Assembly (NCBI GenBank): GCA_900770875.1
Contig: CAAGLV010000077.1
Span: 1,135 to 65,134 of the forward strand
DNA: 64,000 nt
Direction: 5' to 3'
Origin: Flavobacteriales bacterium
Lineage (GTDB): Bacteria > Bacteroidota > Bacteroidia > Flavobacteriales > Weeksellaceae
In this document: piece after piece, positions 18,038 through 26,942 of the stretch
Position numbering within the stretch: position 1 is the stretch's first letter
How the letters are laid out: each line of letters begins with the position of its first letter
Program-made: the position numbers and the translations under genes
Notes under the pieces: generated by a model
Told to the model about the DNA's origin: nothing
What the model saw: the letters and a program-made list of their open reading frames with translations, nothing else
Database searches by the model: none

Positions 18038-18352
18038 ATGAAAAACGTAACATTCAAAGCAGTAAAATTTGTAGGACAAACTATCCACACAACAGCAGTA
18101 GCAACACAAGTAATTTCTGAAGAAATTACTGGCTCAATAGGAGCTAAACTAGATCAAGGCAGTAAAGCTGAGATTATAGAGGATATGCGTAAAGTATCTG
18201 ATAAGCGTGTTAATCAGAAACTTGCGTCAGTTAAGAAAGATTTAGCTTTCCTTAAAGAAGGTTTATCTAAATTAAAAGCTGAGCGTGCCGCTCAAAAAGA
18301 ACCTAAAAAAGAACCTAAAAAAGAAACTAAAAAAGAACCTAAAAAGAAATAA
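18038..18352 (+). CDS. First early gene, hypothetical, with C-terminal KEPK tandem repeats
   Basis: A-rich start context; 12-nt repeat AAAGAACCTAAA x4 (one variant). Confidence 0.75.
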   Translation: MKNVTFKAVKFVGQTIHTTAVATQVISEEITGSIGAKLDQGSKAEIIEDMRKVSDKRVNQKLASVKKDLAFLKEGLSKLKAERAAQKEPKKEPKKETKKEPKKK

Positions 18353-18435
18353 TAACTATTAAATACACATAAAATGGAATATAAATAAAAAACATGGCAA
18401 GAAGAAGAAGTCTTAGAATTATTTGAATATTGATT

Positions 18436-18567
18436 ATGAAAAAGTCATTAGTCTTAGCAGTCTTTATCTGCATAGTTGGAGCATTGTTTTCGTTAATGGT
18501 ATTGCTATTCAACTTAGCAATGTTCCTATTCCAATTATACACAAATTACATTATCACACTTAAATAA
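18436..18567 (+). CDS. Small hydrophobic membrane peptide (43 aa)
   Basis: MKKSLVLAVFICIVGALFSLMVLLFNLAMFLFQLYTNYIITLK; below ORF-track cutoff. Confidence 0.5.
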   Translation: MKKSLVLAVFICIVGALFSLMVLLFNLAMFLFQLYTNYIITLK

Positions 18568-18586
18568 CATTTAAAAACTAAAATAT

Positions 18587-18658
18587 ATGATCACTTCATT
18601 AATTATCATCCTTGTATTAAAAATAGCATTCTTTGTTTACTATGCTAACAAAGATTAA
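18587..18658 (+). CDS. Small hydrophobic peptide (23 aa)
   Basis: MITSLIIILVLKIAFFVYYANKD with A-rich start context AAAAACTAAAATAT-ATG. Confidence 0.4.
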   Translation: MITSLIIILVLKIAFFVYYANKD

Positions 18659-18665
18659 TAAAAAC

Positions 18666-18726
18666 ATTCGAAACCTGCTACGGCAGGTCTATAGCCTTAA
18701 GCAAGCTATACTGATGAGATAGCTTA
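18666..18726 (+). ncRNA. Hammerhead ribozyme, type II
   Basis: C-GAAA-CCTGC-TACG-GCAGG-TC^-TATAGC-CTTAAGCAA-GCTATA-CTGATGA-G: complete catalytic core, GUC cleavage triplet (cut after 18689), and loop I TAAGC pairing with 3' GCTTA as a pseudoknot. Confidence 0.9.
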
Positions 18727-18745
18727 TTAATTTAAAACCTCGACG

Positions 18746-19270
18746 ATGTACAGGTTAATCGCTACTATTATTATGAATACTTCATTCAAATTACCAAACG
18801 TAGATGTTAAATATTCTAACATCATCATCAATCACAAGAATCGTACAGCTACTATAGATGTACAAACAAGAAAGCATGGCAACAAACGCTGGTCTAAAGT
18901 AACAACTATTGAAGCTGTTGTTACAAAAGCTTTATTAGATTGGGCTATGCTTAAATTCAAAAGCTATGACGGTAGCGAAACTACCGCATTCAAGCTATAC
19001 TTAAAGAAACGTGGCATAGAGTTCTATCCAGGTATTCTTAGAACATTAACTTTCGAAAGCTATAACTTATCGGAAGATTATCAAGAAAACCCTTTCAAGC
19101 TAGTGTATTACAACAATGGTAAACATACGCTTACTCTAGTTAACGTTAGACCTTTAATAAAGGATTCTAAAGGAAACTATCATAAGCCTGTCTACCAAAA
19201 TAAAGAGGGGGAAATCAAAATGTCTTATTACTCTAAAAATAGCTTTAGAAGATTAGTTATTCAATCTTAA
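18746..19270 (+). CDS. Hypothetical early protein
   Basis: 174-aa ORF directly downstream of the hammerhead. Confidence 0.7.
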   Translation: MYRLIATIIMNTSFKLPNVDVKYSNIIINHKNRTATIDVQTRKHGNKRWSKVTTIEAVVTKALLDWAMLKFKSYDGSETTAFKLYLKKRGIEFYPGILRTLTFESYNLSEDYQENPFKLVYYNNGKHTLTLVNVRPLIKDSKGNYHKPVYQNKEGEIKMSYYSKNSFRRLVIQS

Positions 19271-19663
19271 GCTTATATTATCATACTGATGACTCATACA
19301 CATCTCTTGGAATGCGCATTCCTGTGTTTTACTCATCTTATTGATAAATCTAGGGTTAACTAAGTAGTTACTACTCCTATCTATCTTAGCTATCACCTTA
19401 TGCTCTATAAAGAACTTTATAGCTGCATAATAGTTACTTCTCGCTCCTGATATACATTCAGGCGTTAACTCTATTGTCTGTGCCTCAACAAATCCCTTAC
19501 GCGATTGAAGTAAGTTCATAAAGATATATAAATATAGATTCTTGATACTTGTACTCTGATTACAAATATCTAAGTCCCTATGAAATTTATGATCAAAGTC
19601 TTTTATCATAATGTTATTTATCGTCAATTCATCGCTCATGTAAAGTGATATCAATTCTCGCAT
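19253..19663 (-). CDS. RepL-like winged-helix DNA-binding protein
   Basis: SNYYAAIKFFIEHKVIAK...NYLVNPRF resembles the RepL wHTH C-terminus (YxVNP); own TAGTTTTG promoter. Confidence 0.6.
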   Translation of the reverse strand: MRELISLYMSDELTINNIMIKDFDHKFHRDLDICNQSTSIKNLYLYIFMNLLQSRKGFVEAQTIELTPECISGARSNYYAAIKFFIEHKVIAKIDRSSNYLVNPRFINKMSKTQECAFQEMCMSHQYDNISLRLNN

Positions 19664-19685
19664 TTTTGTATCAATTTTATTGAAG

Positions 19686-19706
19686 CAAAACTATGGAAAA
19701 CTTTTC
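19686..19706 (-). promoter_or_regulatory. -7 promoter element plus palindromic operator for the RepL-like gene
   Basis: TAGTTTTG (19686-93, minus strand) with GAAAACTTTTC at 19696-19706. Confidence 0.6.
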
Positions 19707-20051
19707 ACTTTTTAACACTTTTTCAAAGTAAACATTTCTACACTTTCGATTTTTTGCCCTAGTATAGACTATTAGAGGGATACCTAGAGATTTATACTAA
19801 AATAGTTTATATATATAGTAATAATTATAGAAACTAATAAGAAAAATAAGACAAGAAAAGAGAGAGTGAATACACCCTACGGGGATAAAACTTTTGTGAA
19901 ATAATTACTTTTGTTAAATATATTATTTGAGGTTTAATTATATATTAATAATATCTGTTGAATATTGTTTTTAATGATTGTGTAAACTATTGTTAAAAAA
20001 AAATACGGATTATTAAGTTTATCTTAGCTGTATAATATATAATAATAAATT

Positions 20052-20534
20052 ATGAGTGGTATAGAAGAAATAGAGCGTACTGGTTTAAATGATTTAAGTA
20101 ATCGTTGGAACACTATGAGTATAATAGGTGATAATGTATTCAGTTGTAGTTATGCTACTGATATGAGTGTATTGGTACCATTAGATAGTGTAGAGGTAGG
20201 AGATATAGTTAGTCATGCTAATATATCAGGAGTAGTAGAGACTGTAACATTAGGAAATGTAGGAGTAGATTTAGGTTTAAGTAGTATAGTAGTAAAGTAT
20301 GCTGATCCTTATAATTACAAACCTGGTATAAATGATTACTATAAGAGGGTTGTATTTGTATTTGGTAAGTCTGCGATAGATTTGGGAGATTATGAATATC
20401 CTGTAAGTAGACAAGATCAATCACATGCTGTTTATGCAGATGTTAGTAGTTTACGAATACTAAAGCGTAGTACTGATACGTATAAGAATCATATAGAGAA
20501 GTTATTATTATATCAAGAAGATAGTAACAGGTAG
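20052..20534 (+). CDS. Hypothetical protein
   Basis: 160-aa ORF with strongly G-skewed codons, followed by a terminator. Confidence 0.6.
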   Translation: MSGIEEIERTGLNDLSNRWNTMSIIGDNVFSCSYATDMSVLVPLDSVEVGDIVSHANISGVVETVTLGNVGVDLGLSSIVVKYADPYNYKPGINDYYKRVVFVFGKSAIDLGDYEYPVSRQDQSHAVYADVSSLRILKRSTDTYKNHIEKLLLYQEDSNR

Positions 20535-20559
20535 TAAGATTTAAAGAATAAAAAAATAG

Positions 20560-20595
20560 GAGTATAAGCTTTATATGTTTATACTCTTTTTTTTT
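20560..20595 (+). terminator. Intrinsic terminator (probably bidirectional)
   Basis: GAGTATAAGC/GTTTATACTC stem, T9 downstream and A-run upstream. Confidence 0.75.
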
Positions 20596-20632
20596 ATGTA
20601 TAAAAAAAAATTAACGAATAAAAATTAAAATT

Positions 20633-21040
20633 ATGTTAGATCATTTGGATAAGAGGCAAACAGGGGTTTGTTTAGGTTTAATTATGTTTCTTTTATTATT
20701 TGGAGGAGCACATATAACATCACATATACTATTTGGGATATTGATGTTTGTAGGATTAGTAGCATTAGTAGAGAATGTAGAATCTATCAAGAAGATAGTA
20801 TATATGTCGAATAAGTTATTAGATGTAGGTATCTTCATAGCATCTATATTAGCTACGATATATATGGGAGTAACGATAACTGGAGCTGTAACAGTAGCAT
20901 CAATTATATTTTCATTAGTGTATGCACCAATGATTAGAAATGAGCGTAAAGCTCAAGAGGAGATTAAAGATGAGATTAAGAAACAAAAGATTAATTCATT
21001 TAGATATAAATTAATTCGTAATAAACGTAAATTAAAATAA
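20633..21040 (+). CDS. Membrane protein
   Basis: Several hydrophobic segments and a basic C-terminus. Confidence 0.75.
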   Translation: MLDHLDKRQTGVCLGLIMFLLLFGGAHITSHILFGILMFVGLVALVENVESIKKIVYMSNKLLDVGIFIASILATIYMGVTITGAVTVASIIFSLVYAPMIRNERKAQEEIKDEIKKQKINSFRYKLIRNKRKLK

Positions 21041-21041
21041 G

Positions 21042-21683
21042 ATGGAATCAAACATTAAAACAAGATTAGAGATTAAAGCTTTAAGAAACGATTTAAAAGA
21101 ACTTTTAATATCAAAACAACAACTTACAAGAGAGCAACAGATAAAGTTGCTTAAATTAGCTTTAAATGACTATACTGACAATCTTTTATCAAATGATGAA
21201 AGTGTATTTGATTTATCACTTACACAATATCTTCATAAAACATTTGGAGCAAGAATTGAAGCTTGGACTTTATTTAATGAATATATACCATGTAATTCAT
21301 TAAAAATAAAAGCTTATAATTTAGATTACAGCCAACGTGAGTACAATAAAGAGTACATAGAGTTAATTCTTAAATATTATTCAAATGACGGTGTTTTAAG
21401 AACGTATAGTGATTGGGTAGCTAGTGGAATAGATTTATTAGAATTTTTAGGAGAAACTGCAGAAGTAGATGAAAAGATATACTTAGACCAATTAGGAGTA
21501 GTTCCTCCAATACATACAGAATGGAGAGATGATGAATATATCTTTCAAGTAGGAGAAGCTGCATGTCTTAAACTTAATGTAGAATATAAAGATGAATTAT
21601 TATATGCTACATTTAAACAATCAAACAATAAGTTTTACTTCATAGGATTACATCCAGAAGGATATATTACTAATATTAAATAA
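21042..21683 (+). CDS. Hypothetical protein
   Basis: 213-aa ORF in dense plus-strand operon. Confidence 0.7.
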   Translation: MESNIKTRLEIKALRNDLKELLISKQQLTREQQIKLLKLALNDYTDNLLSNDESVFDLSLTQYLHKTFGARIEAWTLFNEYIPCNSLKIKAYNLDYSQREYNKEYIELILKYYSNDGVLRTYSDWVASGIDLLEFLGETAEVDEKIYLDQLGVVPPIHTEWRDDEYIFQVGEAACLKLNVEYKDELLYATFKQSNNKFYFIGLHPEGYITNIK

Positions 21684-21691
21684 TTCATAAA

Positions 21692-22111
21692 ATGAAAAGG
21701 AATACAATCAAACTTAATTTTATCCCAAAACTATGTATAGATTCTGTACAATACAGATTAGATATTTACGAAGTAATCTTGGATTACTTTCAAGAAAAAA
21801 TGAATCAAAAGGATAATCGCTCGGCTTGGAGGAAATTCACAGACTTTATTTTCTTTAGAAAATTTGAGAAATATTATCCTGATATGCATAATACAAGTTT
21901 CATTAACATTATATCTAAATACTATGATAACTTCCCTTACATAAACGATGAGGATACTTACATCAAGTATTACTTACCAGAACTTGGAGAATCCGGAATA
22001 CCATTTCAAAACAAATTAGAGTTTTATAATGATATCCACAGGATAAGAGCAGTTCAAGCTGCAAGAGATAAAGCTATTTTAGAACTTAAATCGATGAATA
22101 ATCAAAATTAA
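21692..22111 (+). CDS. Hypothetical protein
   Basis: 139-aa ORF in operon. Confidence 0.7.
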   Translation: MKRNTIKLNFIPKLCIDSVQYRLDIYEVILDYFQEKMNQKDNRSAWRKFTDFIFFRKFEKYYPDMHNTSFINIISKYYDNFPYINDEDTYIKYYLPELGESGIPFQNKLEFYNDIHRIRAVQAARDKAILELKSMNNQN

Positions 22112-22116
22112 AACGT

Positions 22117-22509
22117 ATGCTTAAAAACGAAACTAAAGAAATTCTATACACTAAATTGATAGATTTCTTAAAAGATGAATCTAAAATGCAAAATGAGGTA
22201 GATATAATAACTAATGAGATTAAAAAAGTTAATAGCAATTTATCTTCTAATATAGACGATGTAGGTTTTTGCAGAATATTAGAAAAAATTGATTATTTAT
22301 CGATAATAAAAAATGATTATAATTTAACGCCTTACGAGATTAGTTCTGATGATTTAAAATACGAAGGTCAAAGACATAGAATATTAAATGATTTAGGGCT
22401 TTCAAATCAAACAGGTAATTCTTATTGGTACTATAATTTCAACGAAAGATTAAAAGCAATAGAAAATGCATATACTAGGTTTAAGAAGAATTGCTTCAGA
22501 CAGAACTGA
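22117..22509 (+). CDS. Hypothetical protein
   Basis: 130-aa ORF in operon. Confidence 0.65.
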   Translation: MLKNETKEILYTKLIDFLKDESKMQNEVDIITNEIKKVNSNLSSNIDDVGFCRILEKIDYLSIIKNDYNLTPYEISSDDLKYEGQRHRILNDLGLSNQTGNSYWYYNFNERLKAIENAYTRFKKNCFRQN

Positions 22510-23128
22510 AGAAAAATATCATATTGGAGAATGTAATCATTGTCGTAAGAAATCTACATTCACAGAACACGGCTACTGCAATAACTGCGGTAGCCTTTTT
22601 TCATTAGGACAAGAAGTAAGCTATGATATCTACGAAACATTTAGAATAGGTAAATACGCTGAAACATATTTAGAATTAGATTATGTACCAAGAATTCCTG
22701 ATGAAATAATTAAAAACTTAACTAAAAAAGGAGAGCCTGCACCGGCTTATAAACCAAAAAATAATACACAAAAAATAAATTCAAATCTTAAAAAACAAAA
22801 TTTTATGAAAAAATCTATCAACACAATCGGAAACGGAATCGGAAACGGAATTTGTAAAGTATTAGGTGGAGCTCACCTTGTTGTTCAAACCTCAGCAGAT
22901 TTAATTGTCGTTACAGAGGCTTTAATTAAAGAAAAGCAAACTGGTAAGGCTAAAGAGGAAACAATCAAAGAGCGTAAGCTTAAAACAGCAGAAACGCAAG
23001 TTAAAGTATGTTTAACTGCTATCGAAAAAGCTGAACAAGCAAAAGAGAAAACTAAAGAGCTTAAAAATAGATTAACAAATATATTCACACCAGCTAATGT
23101 AGAAACTATCGAAATTGAAGCTAAGTAA
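22466..23128 (+). CDS. Hypothetical protein: N-terminal CxxC Zn ribbon plus coiled coil; possible internal start at 22805
   Basis: CNHC...CNNC; strong A-rich start context before ATG 22805. Confidence 0.6.
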   Translation: MHILGLRRIASDRTEEKYHIGECNHCRKKSTFTEHGYCNNCGSLFSLGQEVSYDIYETFRIGKYAETYLELDYVPRIPDEIIKNLTKKGEPAPAYKPKNNTQKINSNLKKQNFMKKSINTIGNGIGNGICKVLGGAHLVVQTSADLIVVTEALIKEKQTGKAKEETIKERKLKTAETQVKVCLTAIEKAEQAKEKTKELKNRLTNIFTPANVETIEIEAK

Positions 23129-23441
23129 TATGCAGCCAACACAATTAATATTTAGTGAAGTTAAACTCGAAGATAAGTCTACTATCTTCGAGTTTATCGA
23201 TCAAAGAGGTAATCTTAGATTGCTTTATGAGAAAACAAAGAAAGGCAAATACACATTAGTAGATGTATTTATGTCTGATTTAGACGAGTATTATCTCAAA
23301 GGAGCTAAAGACACAAGATATATTAGAACTATGCGTTCTAAATTCATTTACACAAATAGCAATGAATTTAAAATAAACATGAAACATATCATCGGAGGCC
23401 GATTTGTTTCTACATATTTTTTAAATTTCGAAAACAATTAG
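23115..23441 (+). CDS. Hypothetical protein
   Basis: ORF in operon; likely true start is the ATG at 23130. Confidence 0.6.
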   Translation: MKLSNMQPTQLIFSEVKLEDKSTIFEFIDQRGNLRLLYEKTKKGKYTLVDVFMSDLDEYYLKGAKDTRYIRTMRSKFIYTNSNEFKINMKHIIGGRFVSTYFLNFENN

Positions 23442-23463
23442 AAACCTTTAATATATTTACCCA

Positions 23464-23838
23464 ATGAAACGTAAAATATTTTTAACATTATTTATGTTAT
23501 ACAACTTTGCATTTGCACAATCTAAATGCGAAATCAAAGTAGATTACAACTATGTAAAATTTGAAACTAAAGAAGATGCTTTTAGTTTTAAAAAAGAAAC
23601 TTCAATAATCTATAACTATTTAAATGTCCGAGAGGACATTTATTTAGATTTAGGAGATAACGCATATCTTCTAAAGAAAATAACACCTAATCAAAGAGGA
23701 ATTACCAACGGAAAAGAATACAGTTACTCTACTTATTTAGGGAATGCAGGGAATGAAATCATCATACAAAGGTTTGATGACATAAAACAAGGAGTTAGAA
23801 TTATATTTGACGAAAATTTTATAATGCGTTTATTTTAA
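23464..23838 (+). CDS. Secreted/periplasmic protein
   Basis: Signal peptide MKRKIFLTLFMLYNFAFA|Q. Confidence 0.7.
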   Translation: MKRKIFLTLFMLYNFAFAQSKCEIKVDYNYVKFETKEDAFSFKKETSIIYNYLNVREDIYLDLGDNAYLLKKITPNQRGITNGKEYSYSTYLGNAGNEIIIQRFDDIKQGVRIIFDENFIMRLF

Positions 23839-23840
23839 TT

Positions 23841-24107
23841 ATGAAAGAATTATTAACAATCACTTTATTAACATTCGTTTTGTTCTACACATTCTTAATG
23901 TTTAGAAGATATTATTTAAGCAAAAACTTATTCAATCTTTACAAGGAATTACATCGATTAGAATCATTAAGAAACTTTGGCTTTATGACTGTCAATAGAT
24001 ATAATTACAAAAAAAACACAACAGAAGTTGTTTGGTTAGATAAACAAATCAAAGAAGTAGAATCAGAAATCAAATCATTAGAATCATCAATATTTAAACT
24101 AAAATAA
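23841..24107 (+). CDS. Small membrane-anchored protein
   Basis: N-terminal TM helix and C-terminal coiled coil. Confidence 0.65.
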   Translation: MKELLTITLLTFVLFYTFLMFRRYYLSKNLFNLYKELHRLESLRNFGFMTVNRYNYKKNTTEVVWLDKQIKEVESEIKSLESSIFKLK

Positions 24108-24108
24108 A

Positions 24109-24855
24109 ATGGCAAAGAAAAATAAAAAACAAGCAACATCAACTAGATTATTCAGTACAGTTAAAAAACAACAAAAAGAAGAAAATTACATTAATGTCCT
24201 TACGGAATTAGAAAATATCCGTTTTCATAAATGGTTGAATTTAGTATTCACAGTTAATGCAGCTTATGCAGCTTCAGAAGAATGTTACTCTATTAGTCCT
24301 GACCTAATCAAAATGGGATCTATGTTACCTAACCAAGCAAAGAATACTCTTAATATCCTTAAAAGGACCACAAAAGATATAGACAAGAGATTTTTAGAAC
24401 TTCTTAAAACTATGGAACGAGAGGTTATTAAAAATCCTATGGCTAATAATTTCTTTGAATTATTAAACAACGATGGAGATTTAGAAAAAGCTTGGACCAA
24501 TACAGAAATTCAATTAGAATTTCAAGAGAATTTAATTAGAAAATTCACACCTGGAACTATACAGAATATAATGGAAGCGATGAATATCGAAACTAAAACT
24601 CAAGAGCCAGTTTTAGTTAGAAACGATATGCAAGTATTCTTTGTTAAATGTACTCATAATAGCAAGTATATACCACTTAATATTGTTCAATTAGAGAACG
24701 TAGCTAAGAAGTTTGAAATACTTAATATATTAACCTTAAATGATGAAACTGGTAAAACTATAAAAGTTACCAAAAAACATCTTAAAGAAATATACAATGG
24801 AGTTAAAGGATACGGAGATGCTTTTGTAAATGCTTACTTTCCAAATATTAAATAA
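24109..24855 (+). CDS. Hypothetical protein
   Basis: 248-aa ORF followed by a hairpin. Confidence 0.7.
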   Translation: MAKKNKKQATSTRLFSTVKKQQKEENYINVLTELENIRFHKWLNLVFTVNAAYAASEECYSISPDLIKMGSMLPNQAKNTLNILKRTTKDIDKRFLELLKTMEREVIKNPMANNFFELLNNDGDLEKAWTNTEIQLEFQENLIRKFTPGTIQNIMEAMNIETKTQEPVLVRNDMQVFFVKCTHNSKYIPLNIVQLENVAKKFEILNILTLNDETGKTIKVTKKHLKEIYNGVKGYGDAFVNAYFPNIK

Positions 24856-24867
24856 TAAAAAAAAATC

Positions 24868-24893
24868 AAGCCGGTCTTTATGATCGGCTTTTC
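24868..24893 (+). terminator. Putative intrinsic terminator
   Basis: AAGCCGGTC/GATCGGCTT stem followed by TTT. Confidence 0.6.
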
Positions 24894-24922
24894 GTTTATA
24901 CACAAAAAATAAATTTTAAAAC

Positions 24923-25189
24923 ATGTACTTATTAAAATCAAATCAACATTGTTTTGTAATTAGATTTCAAAACAATAACTACAATTATTTATTCTTTACA
25001 GATTCTGACAAATCTTTAGAAGAATTAGGAGCTTATTTATGTCAAAATAAAACTCTTATTATCAAAGATATTAAGATATACGACCAGCCTAAAACAAGGT
25101 ATGTAAGAGCTAATAAAAATATGCTTAAAAGTATATTTAAGTGGGTAACAATTTTAGATGTAGAATTAGAACGTAGAAACTTTTATTAA
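24923..25189 (+). CDS. Hypothetical protein
   Basis: Coupled small ORF. Confidence 0.6.
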   Translation: MYLLKSNQHCFVIRFQNNNYNYLFFTDSDKSLEELGAYLCQNKTLIIKDIKIYDQPKTRYVRANKNMLKSIFKWVTILDVELERRNFY

Positions 25190-25395
25190 TGGAAATATTT
25201 AAAATTATAGCAAAATTCATTGGAGCTAATGGCTCTTGTGGGTATAAAACAAATCAAGTTTATAAACTTATTGTAGAAATACATAAAGATAATTCTGTTT
25301 CTATTTATCATAGAGGACATCAAGAATGTATTTATTCTACATTTTCAACTTTATGTGATAACTGGGTTAATATTAATAAAATACAGTCTAAATAA
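25189..25395 (+). CDS. Hypothetical protein
   Basis: TAATG-coupled small ORF. Confidence 0.6.
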   Translation: MEIFKIIAKFIGANGSCGYKTNQVYKLIVEIHKDNSVSIYHRGHQECIYSTFSTLCDNWVNINKIQSK

Positions 25396-25703
25396 TGAAT
25401 TTACAAGAAGCATTAGACAAATCTTATAAAGATTTAGAATCTAAAATCATTCAAATTTACAATGAAATAGAGGTTTTTAATGAACCTTTTTACATTCATC
25501 CAGATTTCTTTTCGTCTTTTATTTTATATAATATTTCAGCAAGCAGCATATCTGAATTTAGAGATAAAAAAGATCGTAATTATATTAATGACTTCATGAA
25601 TAATGTGTTTAGTGAGGATAAGAAATATATGTTCGGTCATGAAATTATTTTAGATGACGCTTTAGGTAAAAGAGAAATTAAGTATAACAACAAAATTTAT
25701 TAA
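25395..25703 (+). CDS. Hypothetical protein
   Basis: TAATG-coupled small ORF. Confidence 0.6.
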   Translation: MNLQEALDKSYKDLESKIIQIYNEIEVFNEPFYIHPDFFSSFILYNISASSISEFRDKKDRNYINDFMNNVFSEDKKYMFGHEIILDDALGKREIKYNNKIY

Positions 25704-25704
25704 A

Positions 25705-26028
25705 ATGAAAACAACAAGAGAATTATTGTACTCAGATGATAAATATATTATCGGTACAGCAAAAAAAGTATACAATGCAATTAAAGAAAACTTCTTAATC
25801 GCTTGTATGGAGGCAGACCAAATCGGAGATCTTCAAGACACTCTTGAAACTTTAAGAGAAATAGAAAGTGTATATTTAAGTAATGGATATGAAAATGATA
25901 TTATTTTATTAAAAGAATGTATCATGACATCAGGTTTTGAAATTGTAGAAGATTCAGCGATAGTTAAAGATTTTCTATTCGATTTAATTACAGAACAAAA
26001 GTTAAAATTTGCAGAACCAGAAAAATAA
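25705..26028 (+). CDS. Hypothetical protein
   Basis: 107-aa ORF in operon. Confidence 0.6.
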   Translation: MKTTRELLYSDDKYIIGTAKKVYNAIKENFLIACMEADQIGDLQDTLETLREIESVYLSNGYENDIILLKECIMTSGFEIVEDSAIVKDFLFDLITEQKLKFAEPEK

Positions 26029-26033
26029 ATATT

Positions 26034-26426
26034 ATGAGATTTTTCGATGACATATATCAAGACTCTTTAAAAGAGTTAAATATAAAATACGAGTTATTCT
26101 ATGCTTTCAATAAAGAACAATTTGACGAAGCTTTAAAAATTAGAAACAGAAAAGATTTAGGCTTTTATGTTAATATATCATATGGAGCTTATATTCCTAA
26201 TAAATTCAAAGAAGAATACAAAAAAGAATTGGATATTCTTTACAAAAAATCTATTCAAATTGACATAGAAGAAAACGGAAAGGATAAGATAATTCTAAGA
26301 GAATTAAATAACCACGAATGTTTCTATACAGGAGAAATTGACGATGCTGTAGATGCTGTACATAAATACGGATACACTTCTGATGATGTGTATAAAATCT
26401 ACAAAAAAGAACTAAAAAATAATTAA
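26034..26426 (+). CDS. Conserved phage/ICE hypothetical protein
   Basis: FYAFNKEQFDEA...RELNNHECFYTG pattern recalled from small mobile-element proteins. Confidence 0.65.
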   Translation: MRFFDDIYQDSLKELNIKYELFYAFNKEQFDEALKIRNRKDLGFYVNISYGAYIPNKFKEEYKKELDILYKKSIQIDIEENGKDKIILRELNNHECFYTGEIDDAVDAVHKYGYTSDDVYKIYKKELKNN

Positions 26427-26449
26427 TACACAATAAATAAATTTATAAA

Positions 26450-26692
26450 ATGAATAACGAATACAAAGAATTAAATATGACAATTAATAACGGTAAAGAT
26501 GAAGTAACCGTTTTTGTATACGAAGGTAGAGTTCAAACTTACTATTGCCAAGAGGGAGCTTCTATGATTTGCATGACTTATGATGAGTTATTAGAAGGAG
26601 AAGATTTAGATGCTATTAAAGATCACGATGTAATGTCTTTTGCATTTGAAATTGATACTATTGATGAATTTGAAGAAGCTTTATGTTTTTAA
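26450..26692 (+). CDS. Hypothetical acidic protein
   Basis: 80-aa ORF. Confidence 0.6.
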   Translation: MNNEYKELNMTINNGKDEVTVFVYEGRVQTYYCQEGASMICMTYDELLEGEDLDAIKDHDVMSFAFEIDTIDEFEEALCF

Positions 26693-26940
26693 AAGAATTG
26701 AATCCAGAGGATTACCTACACTTTATTAAAAATGAGCACCCTGTTAGAGAAGGGTGCTTTGTTAAATATTTCTGTCGTTCTAAAAAAGAAATAATAGAAG
26801 GAAAAGTTTACGTTTCTAAATACGTAAAAAATGATAATAGTAAACACGTTTACATTATAAAAAAATCTAACGGAGAATTAACAGCAGTCGAAGCTTCTGC
26901 TTTATATTCTTGTTTAATCGAACATAAACCAAACTTATAA
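26683..26940 (+). CDS. Hypothetical protein
   Basis: 85-aa ORF. Confidence 0.55.
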   Translation: MFLKELNPEDYLHFIKNEHPVREGCFVKYFCRSKKEIIEGKVYVSKYVKNDNSKHVYIIKKSNGELTAVEASALYSCLIEHKPNL

Positions 26941-26942
26941 TT

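Noticed and set aside
19280..19300. Other CTGATGA occurrences as additional hammerheads
   Set aside because: They lie inside coding regions, and I saw no correctly placed GAAA or flanking stems
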